Assembly (NCBI RefSeq): GCF_006345805.1
Contig: NC_043016.1
Span: forward strand, 18,352,001-18,416,000
Length of the DNA: 64,000 nt
Reading direction: 5' to 3'
From: Octopus sinensis
Taxonomy: Eukaryota
This document shows, piece by piece, positions 1-11,735 of the stretch. The translations under genes were made by a program, and so were the position numbers. Below the pieces are notes generated by a model. The model was not told the DNA's origin. It saw only the letters and a list, made by a program, of their open reading frames with translations, and ran no database searches. How positions within the stretch are numbered: the stretch's first letter is position 1; each line of letters starts with the position of its first letter.

Positions 1-240
1 TATATATATGTATACTTGTATGTATATATATAAATATATGTATTGTGTATGTATGTATACATGTTTGCGTGTATGTGTATATAATGTTTACCGCAAACGT
101 TGAAGTAAAGGGAATTTAAATTTGTCTCTAGTTTCCATGTTTGTTCATTTTTTACCGTTACCTCGCGTAACGAAACATTTCTGTTTTTATTCATATATAA
201 CCTCAGACAATATACAGGCTCTCTTTCACACACATACACA

Positions 241-285
<45 letters not shown>

Positions 286-379
286 ACATACATACACGCA
301 TGCACTTATAACCGCACACAGACATATACGCTATTACACATACTCACTTATTTACACATTCATACGACAGATGTATACA

Positions 380-419
380 CACATATATATATATATAGAG
401 AGAGAGACAGAGAGAGATG

Positions 420-488
<69 letters not shown>

Positions 489-506
489 ATCGATAGATAG
501 ATAGAG

Positions 507-543
<37 letters not shown>

Positions 544-608
544 TATAGACAGATAGATAGACAGATAGATAGATAGATAAATCGATAGATAGACATATAT
601 ATATATAT

Positions 609-639
<31 letters not shown>

Positions 640-640
640 T

Positions 641-685
<45 letters not shown>

Positions 686-710
686 AAGATAGATATATAG
701 ATAGATAACC
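380..710. repeat. (GA)n/(GATA)n microsatellite array
   Basis: Direct tetranucleotide repeat; source of the spurious YLSI ORFs. Confidence 0.97.
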
Positions 711-799
711 CACAGATGTATATATACATAGCTCTATGTCAGTGATCGTATACATAATCCGCAAGTACACACACACATGATGTTTGTGTGATTATAATG

Positions 800-852
800 T
801 ATATGCACATACACACACACTTATATATATATATATATTATATAATATATAT

Positions 853-886
<34 letters not shown>

Positions 887-1435
887 GATATTTGCATGTG
901 CGTATATATGTATGTATATATATGGTCCATATGAAACACAACCTTAACTTAAAAGCTCATTGATTCTTGTATTTTATGCCACAATTACATGTATGTATAT
1001 TTTTTCTCCGACTGTTCCCCCCATTCCACTTTATTTTTCTACGCACCTGCGAGAGTAAAAAAACAACAAAAACCACACACACACACCATATCCCAACATT
1101 CATATACAGTTATGTAATCAAACTTGTTCACTTCGTGTATGTATCTGTTTCACATGTATGTATTTACTATACACGTATGTGTATATATATATATATATTA
1201 TATATACACGTATGTGTGTATATATATTTATAATTATATATATATGCATACGTACATATATACACATATATATATAAGTATATATATGTATATATGTGAG
1301 CATACTTGTGTGTCAACAATATATACATGCATATATATATACATACATTAACATGTATATATATATATATATATTATATATATATATATATACATGTATA
1401 TATATATATATATATGTTATACATACATATATATA

Positions 1436-1482
<47 letters not shown>

Positions 1483-1500
1483 ACCCACATATATGTAAGT
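800..1500. repeat. (TA)n/(TG)n/(CA)n low-complexity block with a short unique island at ~930-1130
   Basis: Visible dinucleotide repeats. Confidence 0.9.
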
Positions 1501-2217
1501 ATGAACATGTGTGCGTATTTGTATGAATTAATACCGTGTGTATATTTATATGAATTATATCCATAGATATGCGTATACTCATGTATACACAGGCACGCAG
1601 AACTGAACTATAGAAGTACTCAGATTTTTATAAAGTTTTCGCTATTTGTTGTTACTCGAAATAGATGAAAATCTAGATTTTTTTCTTTTTTTTACATTTC
1701 CACTTTTGAACTTTTGTGCCTAACAAATTATTTGAGAGGAGAAAACCTTATGAAGAAATAAAACGCAACAAAAATAGTTTTGAAAGAAATCAGAAAAAAA
1801 ATAAATAAATAAAGCAAAACAGAAAACTAATATATTTCGCAGAATACACTTGCGAACCAATTTGGCATATTGAGAATCGTATTTAAAATGACTTGAAAAT
1901 GGATTTTTGGAGATTTTAAACTTAAAAACATTTAAACTTATATGCGATGTAAATGGTTTTACTGATAATTTTAAACTTTTTTCAACATGGGTTCAACTGT
2001 AGAAATCTTTTTTATGGAGGTTAGTCGATAAAGTTGACCTCAGTGCTTAACTGGTACTACTGTGAACCTGACATGACTGTAAAGCGTAGGTGATACTCTT
2101 GGAATCTCAACTGAAAGAATGGAGAGCTGGAAAAAAAAAAACAGCGTAAGATATTTTGTTTGGTGTTCTGGCGATTCTATTGCAGTGCTGCTCTTGTAGA
2201 AATTCTTTCTGTAATAT

Positions 2218-2620
2218 AAGGCGGCGAGCTGGCAGAAACGTTAGCACGCCGGGCGAAATGCTTAGCAGTATATCGTCTGCCGTTACGTTCTGAGTTCAAA
2301 TTCCGCCGAGGTCGACTTTGCCTTTCATCCTTTCGGGGTCGATTACCTAAGTAACAGTTACATACTGGGGTCGATTTAATCGACTTAATACCTATGTCCG
2401 TCCTTGTTTGTCCTGTCTGTGTTTAACCCCTTGTGGGTAGTAAAGAAATAGGTATTTCAGCCGTCTTTACGTCCTGAGTTCAAATTCTGCCGAGGTCGAC
2501 TTTGCCATTCATTCTCTCGGGGTTCATAAAATAATTATCAGTTTATCACTGGGGTCGACGTAATCGTCTTAAGCCCTCACCTGAAATTCCTGACCTTGTG
2601 CCAAAATTTGAAACCGTTTA
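2218..2620 (+). mobile_element. tRNA-derived SINE family A (full copy) plus head-less second monomer with alternative tail
   Basis: GGCGGCGAGCTGGCAGAAACGTTAGC head (A-box-like), GAGTTCAAATTCC B-box, GCCTTTCATCCTTTCGGGGTCGAT core; recurs more than 14 times in the window. Confidence 0.92.
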
Positions 2621-2799
2621 GGATTTCTATCATAGGCAGAAGGCCCAAAATATGAGGATTGTGTGAGTTAATTAATGATATCAATTTCAGTATTCGAGTT
2701 GTACTTCATTTTATCGGTTCCTGAAAGAATGTAAAATTCGTAACAAGATACTTCAAAGAATTTTATCAGAACCCCTGATAATAACGTGTATAATATGTT

Positions 2800-3200
2800 A
2801 TGGTATTTTACAATCCAGTGTAATTGAGTGACTGAAGCTCGGAAATCATATATTGTTGTAGTTGATAGAATGATGAAAGGAATCAAGATTACAGATGTTA
2901 CCATACTTGGAAACGTACATGTGGATGAGAATTAACTGGAAAAGACTGAGAGGTGCAAGCCATTGGTGGATGAAATAAAACGTATATGGAAAATGAAGAA
3001 AGTAACTGTCATCTCAACAGTCGTAGGACCATGGGATCATTAACAGTCAGGTTTGTTGGAGAAATGGGGATTGACATGGGGGCAGAACATGCTCTGAAAA
3101 GTGTTTTATTGTGGAGAGCGAGGACATTTGAAATATGTATTTGGATGCTAAGTATTGTAGAAGCCTCAGTGAGAATCTCCAAAACTGGCTGCTGTTCGCC
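2800..3200 (+). mobile_element. Decayed RLE-type (R4/Dong-like) LINE 3' fragment
   Basis: Translates to TIQCN*VTEARKSYIVVVDR..IKITDVTI..LVDEIKRIWKMKKVTVISTVVG, homologous to the RLE C-terminus at 18335-19351. Confidence 0.7.
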
Positions 3201-3257
3201 GCTACGGAATTTATTCGTAAATACCGAATCCTACTGTGTTAGCAGTGCTATTAAATC

Positions 3258-3485
3258 ACTTACTCTTTTACTCTTTTACTTTTTTCAGTCATTTGACTGC
3301 GGCCATGCTGGAGCACCACCTTAGTCGAGCACATCGACCCCAGGACTTATTCTTTGGGAGCCTAGTATTTATTCTATCGGTCTCTTTTGCCGAACCGCTA
3401 AGTGACGGGGACGTAAACACACCAGCATCGGTTGTCAAGCGATGTTGCGGTGACAAACATATACACACACATACATACATACATA

Positions 3486-3576
<91 letters not shown>

Positions 3577-3744
3577 CACATATATAGGACGGGCTTCTTT
3601 CGGTTTCTACCAATCCACTCACAAGACTTTGGTCGCCCGAGGCTATAGTAGAAGACGCTTGCTCAAGGTACCACACAGTGGGACTGAACCCGGAACTATG
3701 TGGCTGGTAAGCAAGCTACTTACCACACAGACACTCCTGCGCCT
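3258..3744 (-). mobile_element. tRNA-derived SINE family B (CORE-like CTTGGGCAAGTG motif), internal (TA)n
   Basis: Head GCAGGAGTG(G/T)CTGTGTGGTAAG, B-box-like GGTTCAGTCCC, (AAGAGT)n tail; 8-9 copies in the window. Confidence 0.9.
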
Positions 3745-3829
3745 TGTTAAAATTATCACTTCAAATATATAGAAATTATACCCAGCACTGAGTAAGAAAG
3801 TGTTTGATGAAAGATGGAAGAATGTCGTG

Positions 3830-3914
3830 TATAAAAGGTCTCTCGTGGATGCGAGATAGGCATAAAAACCGAGGTCAGTGAAGAGGCGGGGTTCGTGGCG
3901 TCCGTAAACCCGCC
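3830..3914 (+). promoter_or_regulatory. Candidate Pol II promoter: TATAAAAG (3830-3837), GGCGGG (3885-3890), CCCGCC (3909-3914)
   Basis: Motifs lie in a CpG-containing unique island upstream of a candidate exon; short motifs can occur by chance. Confidence 0.3.
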
Positions 3915-4058
3915 CCACTCCATTTGTTTAAAATAGGTCCATTGTGTTGTCTATTCATTCGTTTTATATAAAATCATATTAAATTTTTATCGACCCCAAA
4001 TTGCGCTTTAATGTAACATCATTCGTGATTGTATCGTTCACCTCTATGTACGACCTTA

Positions 4059-4188
4059 ATGGATAATAAAAAATCAGCTGATGAGTTTGTTGAGAAATTT
4101 TGTTTATTTAGTCGATTTGTTAAAAATGCTGAGTCACGCGAGCTTGTTCTTGCTGCTCTCATTGTTCTTGTCGTTCTCCCCATTGTGG
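4059..4188 (+). CDS. Candidate first coding exon with hydrophobic N-terminus (MDNKKSADEFVEKFCLFSRFVKNAESRELVLAALIVLVVLPIV from 4059, or MLSHASLFLLLSLFLSFSPLW from 4126)
   Basis: Open frames, hydrophobic stretch, consensus donor G|GTAAGA at 4189; no homology recognised. Confidence 0.3.
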
Positions 4189-4296
4189 GTAAGAAAATTT
4201 TAGCTTGCCAATATGGAAAGCTACGCGAGGGCTACTGCGACGAAAATAACTGCGCCGTTAGAAGTAACGCCAATAATAACAGACATGGAAGGTACC

Positions 4297-4567
4297 TTTT
4301 CACTTTGACCGGCAGATTTTTAAAATAATTTCTTTGAAACTAAACACTTTTAAACACCTCCAGAAAATGTTACGGCAGAAATTTATTCACCTCAATAGAC
4401 GTCATTGATTGGTTGAAATTGCCGAAATGCAAGAAATTAAACAACTAATAGGTTACTAGAAAGCCAAGAGAAAAAGTTGTTTTATGTAGTACACTACCAG
4501 TATACGAAGTTTAAAAGTGTTTAGTTTCAAAGAAATTATTTTAAAAATCTGCCGGTCAAAGCGAAAA
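4297..4567. mobile_element. MITE with ~60-bp terminal inverted repeats
   Basis: ttttcactttgaccggcagatttttaaaataatttctttgaaactaaacacttttaaac is matched in reverse complement at ~4509-4567; no TSD seen. Confidence 0.75.
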
Positions 4568-4573
4568 AATCCC

Positions 4574-5800
4574 ATGGAAGAAGTTTTGAAAAATGAAAAG
4601 TTGGTGAAGAAAGAAGGCGATACAATCATGCTGAACCTCCGCAAGAGACGATGAAGGACAAAAAAAAAAAAAAAAGACGTGGTGTACATCACACAGGCGG
4701 TCGCCACCAGTAAGATTGAAAGACTGCTAGAGGAAGACATCGAGGAGTGTCTGTGAGAAATATGCAAAGAAGCAGCATACATTGGCAGAGGTAGAAAGTC
4801 GGTACGGTGGAAGTGAGGTTTGCCACGAAGGAAGAGGCGGCCTCGCATTCTACCAACTTTCTGAGGACGCAAAATGTGACGCTGTTACCCTCTTACAAAG
4901 GAAGGCATAGCGTGAGAATAAGAATACCAAGGGGGCCGCCCAAAATCAAAGCCGAAGTGGGTGGTTGCAGCCATTTTGGCGGCAACCGAAGACAACCCTG
5001 AATTAGGACTGGTTGGAGAGGCGAAGAGGGAAAACTTTTGGGGTTTCGGCGTTTTTTCTTTTTGTTTTGTTTTTTGCTACATTCGAAGACATAGAACCAA
5101 TCCCCTACCAGATTCAGATTAAGGATGGAGAGATACTGAATATAGTGGTAGAAGGAAGACCTAACTGTTATATTTGCGGATCACGGGGCCATATGAAGGC
5201 TCAGTGACCTTTGTTGGAATATACCCAGAGTGAAAGAGAAGAGGAAAAAGAAAGGAGATTGAAACTTGAGAGGATAAAAATGATGCTGATCGCGACAGCG
5301 ATGTGAAGGAGAAGTGACGGCTTTATCAGCCCCAAAAGAAGGAAAAAAACCAAAGACAAGAGAGTATCCAAAAGAAAACAAAGTCAAACAAAAAGAAAAA
5401 ATGGAACCGAAGCTAAAAATACGCAAAAAACAATAGAAGAGTACAAAAATAAGGGTTATTTGGCAATATATAGGAAGAATGTGGACACAGAGAAAAAAGA
5501 TGGCGAAATGGAAGGAACTGGTGAAAAGTGAAGCTGCGCAGAGAAGGATTTGAGATGGACGAGAGCGGTATATGGATACCAGAGGAAAAGTGTGATAGAT
5601 TTATGGATGTATTCCTGGATCATTTGATCATTTGAGACGGATAAAGGAATACTGGTTGGACGATGATACACTTTCTGTAGTGGAATACGAGTGGTTGGGA
5701 AGTTGTGGAGAAATAGCGGTAAGAGAACTTTGAATACTAATGTCAACTTGGAAAAAAAGGTAAGGAAGAAAAAGTGACTGTGAAAAAAACAAATATATAT
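4574..5800 (+). mobile_element. Tx1/L1-like LINE ORF1 remnant (RRM-like region plus zinc knuckle), disrupted
   Basis: EVRFATKEEA, LLPSYKGRHSVRIRI, NIVVEGRPNCYICGSRGHMKAQ* (CX2CX4HX4C with the last Cys lost), Lys/Glu-rich tail; similar to the remnant at 55.7 kb. Confidence 0.7.
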
Positions 5801-6011
5801 ATGTGTGTGTAGACTTCAAAAAGAAACAGAGAAATGACTGAAAATGTAACTCCGGTATGCGGAGTTCTTGACTGGTAGTACTTGCATGTGCAAGTTGCTT
5901 GCAAGGCATTTTGTAAGACGTTTAATATATTTTGTAGGATGCTTAATATATTTTGTACGATACGTAATATATTTTGTAGGATGTTTGATATATGTTGCAC
6001 TATATATAATA

Positions 6012-6319
6012 CTAGCAGTATCGCCCGGCGTTGCTTGGGTTTGTAAGAGAAATAACTATATAAGCATTTTTAGAGAGTTACTTCCCTTATACAAACCGAG
6101 CAAAATTGCATTAAAAATGCAGAAAAATGATGGTAATTTTTTTTTTAAATCGTAGACACATTGTAGACGCGCGCTAATACTCAGAAGGGTTTGATATGAA
6201 TCACGACTATAAGATACCCACTTTTGGTTAAGCTGCACCGCAAAATGTGGGAGTAGTTAGGAATCTAAATCGGAGTAGACAGACACTCACACACACAACT
6301 TCAGTTTTATATATAAAGA
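6012..6319 (-). mobile_element. Non-autonomous Helitron
   Basis: Minus strand starts TC, ends CTAG followed by T, subterminal GC-rich element CCCAAGCAACGCCGGG; second copy at 28140. Confidence 0.85.
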
Positions 6320-6699
6320 CATGTTGTAGTAGGTTTAATATATATTGTAGGATGTTTAATATATTTAGTATGATCTTTAATATATATTGTACTATATGTA
6401 AATATATTTTGTAAGAAGTTTAATATATTTTGCACTGTATGTAATATATTTTATAGGATGTTTTATATATTTTGTATGTTTGATATATTTTGTAGGATGT
6501 TTAATATATGTTGCACTATTTGTAATATATTTTGTAGGATGTTTGATACATTTCAAGTATATGTAATATATTTTGTTGTATACGTAATGTATTTTAAACG
6601 ATGTTTAATATTTGTTGTACTATATGTAATATATGTTGTAGGATGTTTAATATATTTTGTATGTTTGATGTATTTTGTAGGAAGTTGGATGTAGAGGGT

Positions 6700-7046
6700 T
6701 TATTGGACCAGTGTGAGACGACTGTTGCTATCGTTAGGCCTAATTCATCGTGAAGTCAATACCACCATGACCGATATCCAAACTACAGTGGAAAAGGCTA
6801 ACCACTGGATTTGGTTAAAAAGAGACGATGAGCGATGGCTAGAAGAATATTGAGTTTTATCTGATAACCAGCTGATCTAGCAAGCGTGGCCTCATATCAG
6901 TGAGTGGGGGCCGGTGCGCATTGATGCCGTCGAAAGGTAGGCCCCGAAACGGCGCGCATTTTCACCTGATCACCCCATACACTTGCTGGCTTCCGGTATG
7001 CGGGGTTTTTGACTGGTAGCACTTGTATGTGCAAGTTGCTTGCAAG
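6700..7046 (+). mobile_element. HERO/NeSL-like RLE LINE 3' end
   Basis: LLSLGLIHREVNTTMTDIQTTVEKANHWIWLKRDD resembles the AERASxWLWLKR C-terminus of HERO elements; GC-rich 3' UTR. Confidence 0.55.
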
Positions 7047-8230
7047 ACATTTTCTAGGATGTTTAATATATTTTGTATGAGGTTTAATGTTTTGTAGTAT
7101 ATGTAATATATTTTGTAGGATGTTTAATATACTTTGTAATAAATTTGATATCTTTTGTAGTGTATTCAATATATTTTCTAGAATATTGTATGTTGTAGTA
7201 TATTTAATACATTTACTAGACTGTTTGTTATAATTTGTATACTTCATGTATTTTATAGATCATTTAATGTTTTGCAGTATATTTAAATATTTTGTAGTAT
7301 ATTTCATATATTTTGCAGTATGTGTAACGAATATCGTTATATATTTAGTATTTTTTGTATTATATATATTTTGTACAATGTTTAATAGATTTTGTAGCAT
7401 ATTTCATATATTGTGTAGCATATTTCATATATTTTGTGGCATATTTCATATTTTTGTAGCATATTTCATATATTTTGTAGCATATTCCATATATTTTGTA
7501 GCATATTTCATATATTTTGTGGCATATTTCATATTTTTGTAGCATATTCCATGTATTTTGTAGCATATTTCATATATTTTGCAGTATATATACTAAAATG
7601 TGTAGCATACTTCAAATAATTTGTAGGATACTATGTTTGTATAACGAAATACTCTTTCCCTGCAGTTCATTACACTAATAAATTATTTATCGCTGTAATC
7701 AACTTGTCATTGAGGACAATTAAAATTGTGAACAAGTATATTCAACTATAACATAGCATAATATTAGTGGCGATCACTGAATCTCATTCAATGAGAATAA
7801 TGAATTTGATTTAGTTACACACCCAGGTACATACACTAATATGTAAACACACAGAATGCATACCATAACACGCGCACGCAGCACATGCAACACACACACA
7901 CGTGTGTAAACACAGAAATGCTAAATTCATCATTAATCGTCTCTTCTCGATGTATAAATTGTCATTTACTTCCACTTAACATTTTCTTGACCAGAGACAT
8001 ATTCATCAAAGCATCGTAAACTTCTTGATTCCTGAAATGGTGAAGTTTGAACCGTGACGCTTATGCATTTTTCAAACGAATGCAATGTCTGTAAACAGCG
8101 ATTTCGTTTGACCCTGACTTAATATAATATGTATAAGTTCATCAAAATTCAGATTCAGATGAATATGGTACTTAAGTTAAAGGCACCGGAATTTGGTATG
8201 ATATTATCCATATTAATCAAATGGGGTGAT

Positions 8231-8458
8231 TATAATCAAAATAAGCAACAAGGATATCCTAGGTAGTGTAGTACCTTGTTGGCAAATGAAATAAGTATAA
8301 AAATGTGCATTGTCCGTTTAATTAAAAAATTCTATATGTGACTGAGGATTGCTCGACGTTTTAAAACTGATGTAATACTTAGTGTTTAATAAAATGAAGT
8401 AGCATGAAACGATTGTACTACACTACCTTGGATATCCTTGTTGCTTATTTTGATTATA
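8231..8458. mobile_element. MITE with 44-bp TIRs and TA ends (Tc1/mariner-like)
   Basis: 8231-8274 versus 8415-8458 reverse complement, 1 mismatch. Confidence 0.8.
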
Positions 8459-8466
8459 TTACTCAA

Positions 8467-8845
8467 TGAAATTCCAACTTTGATTTTCACGTTTTATTTA
8501 CAATCTTATAATAATGCATTATAATACAATGAAGTGATAGAATATTAAATGTCCTTCCATATTTAACTAGTACATTCATGCATTAAACCATGGAACCTTC
8601 AGCTTCATGTAGTAGTACTGGCGGTTATGTCTTACAATTTACAACAGTAGATTGTAAAACATAACTGTCACCACTACTCTAATATGAACCTGAAGATTGC
8701 ATAATTTAATACATGAATTTACTAGTTCAATCAGAATGGATATTTAATATTCTATCAGTTCATTATATTATATGTTGCAACATTATACTGTGTTATATTA
8801 TTATAAGTTTGGAAATGAAACGTGAAAATCAAAGTTGGAATTTCT
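8467..8845. mobile_element. Foldback MITE, imperfect palindrome over its whole length
   Basis: TIR gaaattccaactttgattttcacgtt; internal arms also pair (ttacaat/attgtaa near 8655); the same terminus recurs at 9178 and 28096. Confidence 0.75.
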
Positions 8846-9197
8846 TTGATACACACACACATGTATGTATAAATACATATGTGTGTGTATATATGAGTGT
8901 ACATATATGTATGTATATATGTATGTATATATGTGTGTATATATGTGTGTATATATATATATACACACGTATATATATATAAATGTTCATATATACACAC
9001 GCATATACACACATATATATACACATATATATACACACATATATATATACACATATACATACACACATATATACACATATATACACACATATATACAAAC
9101 ATATATACATACATATATGCACATACATATATACACACATATATGTATTTATACATACATGTGTGTGTGTGTATCAAAGAAATTCCAACTTTGATAT
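8826..9197. repeat. Inverted duplication of TIR plus TA/TG low-complexity flank
   Basis: atcaaagttggaatttctttgatacacacacacatgtatgtataaatacatat is mirrored at ~9140-9197. Confidence 0.75.
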
Positions 9198-9414
9198 ATA
9201 TATATATATGTATATATATACACGCACGCGTGTGTGTATCTATATGTATCATATACATCCACATGTGCATATACATGCATACAAGGCACGTATTACTATA
9301 ATCGTGCGCAGTTTTTTATAGTTTACGCTATTTGTTGTCATTATACGATGTGCTTGGAATCTAAATGATTCTTTACACACATACACACACTTTCACACGC
9401 ACACACACATATAG

Positions 9415-9756
9415 TAGGCGTAATTGTGGCTGTGTGGTAAAGCAAATCTTCCCAGTCACATGGTTACGTGACGCCTTGAGCAAAATGTCTTATACTATAA
9501 CCGCGGGACGACCAAAGCCTTCTGAGTGGATTTAGCTGATAGAAACTAAAAGAAGCCCGTCGTAAGTACATGCACACACAGTGTTTGTGTGTTTCCGTCC
9601 CAGTAACTTAGCGGTTCGTCAAAAAAATCGAATAGAATAATTACCGGGCTTTAAAAAGAAGCAATTACTAGGTCGATTCGTTAAACTGACGATTCTTCAA
9701 GGAAGGGTCACAGTCTAATGGCTGAAATACGTAAAAGACATTAAAAAGATAAAACA

Positions 9757-9760
<4 letters not shown>
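9415..9760 (+). mobile_element. SINE family B, degenerate
   Basis: gtggctgtgtggtaa head, aaactaaaagaagcccgtcgt, cttagcggttcg. Confidence 0.75.
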
Positions 9761-9820
<60 letters not shown>

Positions 9821-9936
9821 TATATATGTGGGAGTTAAATTATTATTCATTGACAGAGGTCTGTAAAATGCATAAACACCACCTTTTCAGGAGTCAAAAT
9901 GTATATAGATGCTTTGATATTAGTGAAAAACAGATT

Positions 9937-10670
9937 AAGGCGGCATCTGGTAGATTTGTTAGCACGGCTGACGAAATGTTTAGCGGTATTTCGTCTACTG
10001 CTACGTTCTCTGTTCAAATTCCACCGAAGTCGACTTTGCCTTTCATCCTTTTGGGGTCGATTAAGTTAAGTTAAGTTAAGTTAATTTTTGGGCTCAAAAA
10101 GCAAAAAGCAAGGCCATGTAGGGGGTCATGGAGTTATGAACAGGGTGGTGTTCATGCAAAGAGTTCAGGCCATTTCTGAACCGAGCGGTCGTCGGCATCT
10201 TCACTATCTCGTCCGGCAGCTTATTCCATGGATCCGCAACCCGGACGGAGAAAGCTCCTCTCCTTCGATTGAGATGAAATCGTCGCAGATAGAACTTTTC
10301 GGAGTGACCCCCGCAGCCGACCCTCTGGAGCAGGAGTGAAGAACAGCTCTTTCGAGAGGTTACACCTTCCGCTTATGATGTTGTGAACAAGATTGAATAA
10401 GTACCAGTTACGCACTTGGGTCGATATAATCGACTTAATCCGTTTGTCTGTCCTTGTTTGTTCTCTCTGTGTTTAGCCCCTTCTGGCCAATAAAGAAATA
10501 GGTATTTCGTCTACCGCTACGTTCTGTGTTCAAATTCCGTCGAAGTCAACCTTGCTTTTCATCCTTTCGGGATCGATTAAATAAGCACCATTCGAACACG
10601 GGTTGATGTAATAAACTCATTCCCTGCCCCAAAATTGCCGCCCTTGTGGCAAAATTTGAAACCATTATTG
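9937..10670 (+). mobile_element. SINE family A interrupted by a CR1 fragment, followed by a second monomer
   Basis: SINE consensus stops at ggggtcgattaa (10064) and resumes at aataagtaccag (10396). Confidence 0.85.
10065..10395 (-). mobile_element. 5'-truncated CR1-clade LINE 3' end with (CTTAA)n tail
   Basis: LVHNIISGRCNLSKELFFTPAPEGRLRG then, after a frameshift, ..YLRRFHLNRRRGAFSVRVADPWNKLPDEIVK (CR1 RT C-terminus). Confidence 0.85.
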
Positions 10671-11735
10671 AAAAGCAGATGAACACGTTACAATATTTAC
10701 TAAAGAATTCAACCGATTTAGAAATTTTTAATGTTGCCCAGAAGTATGGTGGGAAATAATTGTATGAACACGAAGTCTATCATATTTTACCTTTAGTAAA
10801 GAGTGTAAGAAGGAAGAAAAAAAATCATGAATATTTTTATTTAGTGGGGGACTAGTGTTTGTCAGTTTCAGAATAAATGGTCGAAAAGGCTTCATCTCAA
10901 AATGATAATCGTTATCGCTTTGGGACGGAGTCTTCCTGCTATACATCTATCTTGTCAAGCACTCACTCACTGGTTATATATAAATCTGTATATATACGTA
11001 AAGTGCTTGTCTATATATGTGTATGTATGTTTATCCTTTGTGGCTGTACTGAATCTGAGTATGAAAGTAGCGTAAAGTCATAAAAATGAATTTAGATAAG
11101 ACATGGTATTGTGTCTAGAATAATGATGCATACAGCAGCGGACGATTATTTATATGTACCCATCGTAAAAACCACGATCGATATTGAACTTAGACCCAAA
11201 TAACAAACAAGCAACGTTCGAATAGCCAACAATATATATATTTAAATTATAAAAATAGACTAACATGCATCGATATAGTAAATAAACAATTAACCACATT
11301 CTTACCAAAATAACTTAGAAGGAATAAAGTATGCGGTATATTCCAAATATTGATTCATTATTCAATAACCAACCAACAAACTAAATAAATAAAATAAAAT
11401 CCCAAACGTTACCTCGTAACATTTGCTACTATGCGATAACGATTATATATGCCTTTGATAACCGTATGAAGGTTACTTGATTCATCTGGAGTTATATATA
11501 AACAACGAATGTTTTCTGTTTTTTTCCAGCGCCTACGTACAACATGGAAATACAGCATGATTAATTTCCGACCAATATCAATTCTATCTGGGTGGAATGG
11601 CAAAACTGGTAAAATGCCAAACTAAATCCATTAGAAATATTTCGTTGAAATCTTCTCCGAATCGAATTTCATTTAGGACATCTATGAAACGCATTCCAGG
11701 CGTTTACTACTCTCAGTTCAATATATTGGTTTGAA

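Larger units (their letters stand above)
5905..7630. repeat. 21-bp AT-rich minisatellite (~GATGTTTAATATATTTTGTAG / CATATTTCATATATTTTGTAG) in three blocks: 5905-6000, 6320-6690, 7047-7630
   Basis: Periodicity visible; the unit is a multiple of 3, which explains the CSIFHIF-type ORFs. Confidence 0.88.

Noticed and set aside
85-222. Minus-strand open frame PVYCLRLYMNKNRNVSLREVTVKNEQTWKLETNLNSLYFNVC with gtaaac donor
   Set aside because: No pyrimidine-rich acceptor and no recognisable homology
1000-1056. Minus-strand acceptor ttttttactctcgcag followed by VRRKIKWNGGTVGEKIYIH
   Set aside because: Weak donor and short frame; compatible with chance
352-1566. YIYI/YLSI/HTHT-type ORFs here and throughout the window
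   Set aside because: Di- and tetranucleotide repeats that lack stop codons
4029-4328. 99-aa ORF as a complete gene
   Set aside because: Starts at a non-ATG codon and runs into a MITE TIR; only the part up to the 4189 donor is retained as a candidate
6915-6960. TTGATG...CCCGAAAC hammerhead-like words in the HERO-like UTR
   Set aside because: No helix II and two core mismatches
5905-7630. Regularly spaced repeats as a possible CRISPR-like array (also 48723-48912)
   Set aside because: Head-to-tail minisatellite without unique spacers; eukaryotic context; no cas genes
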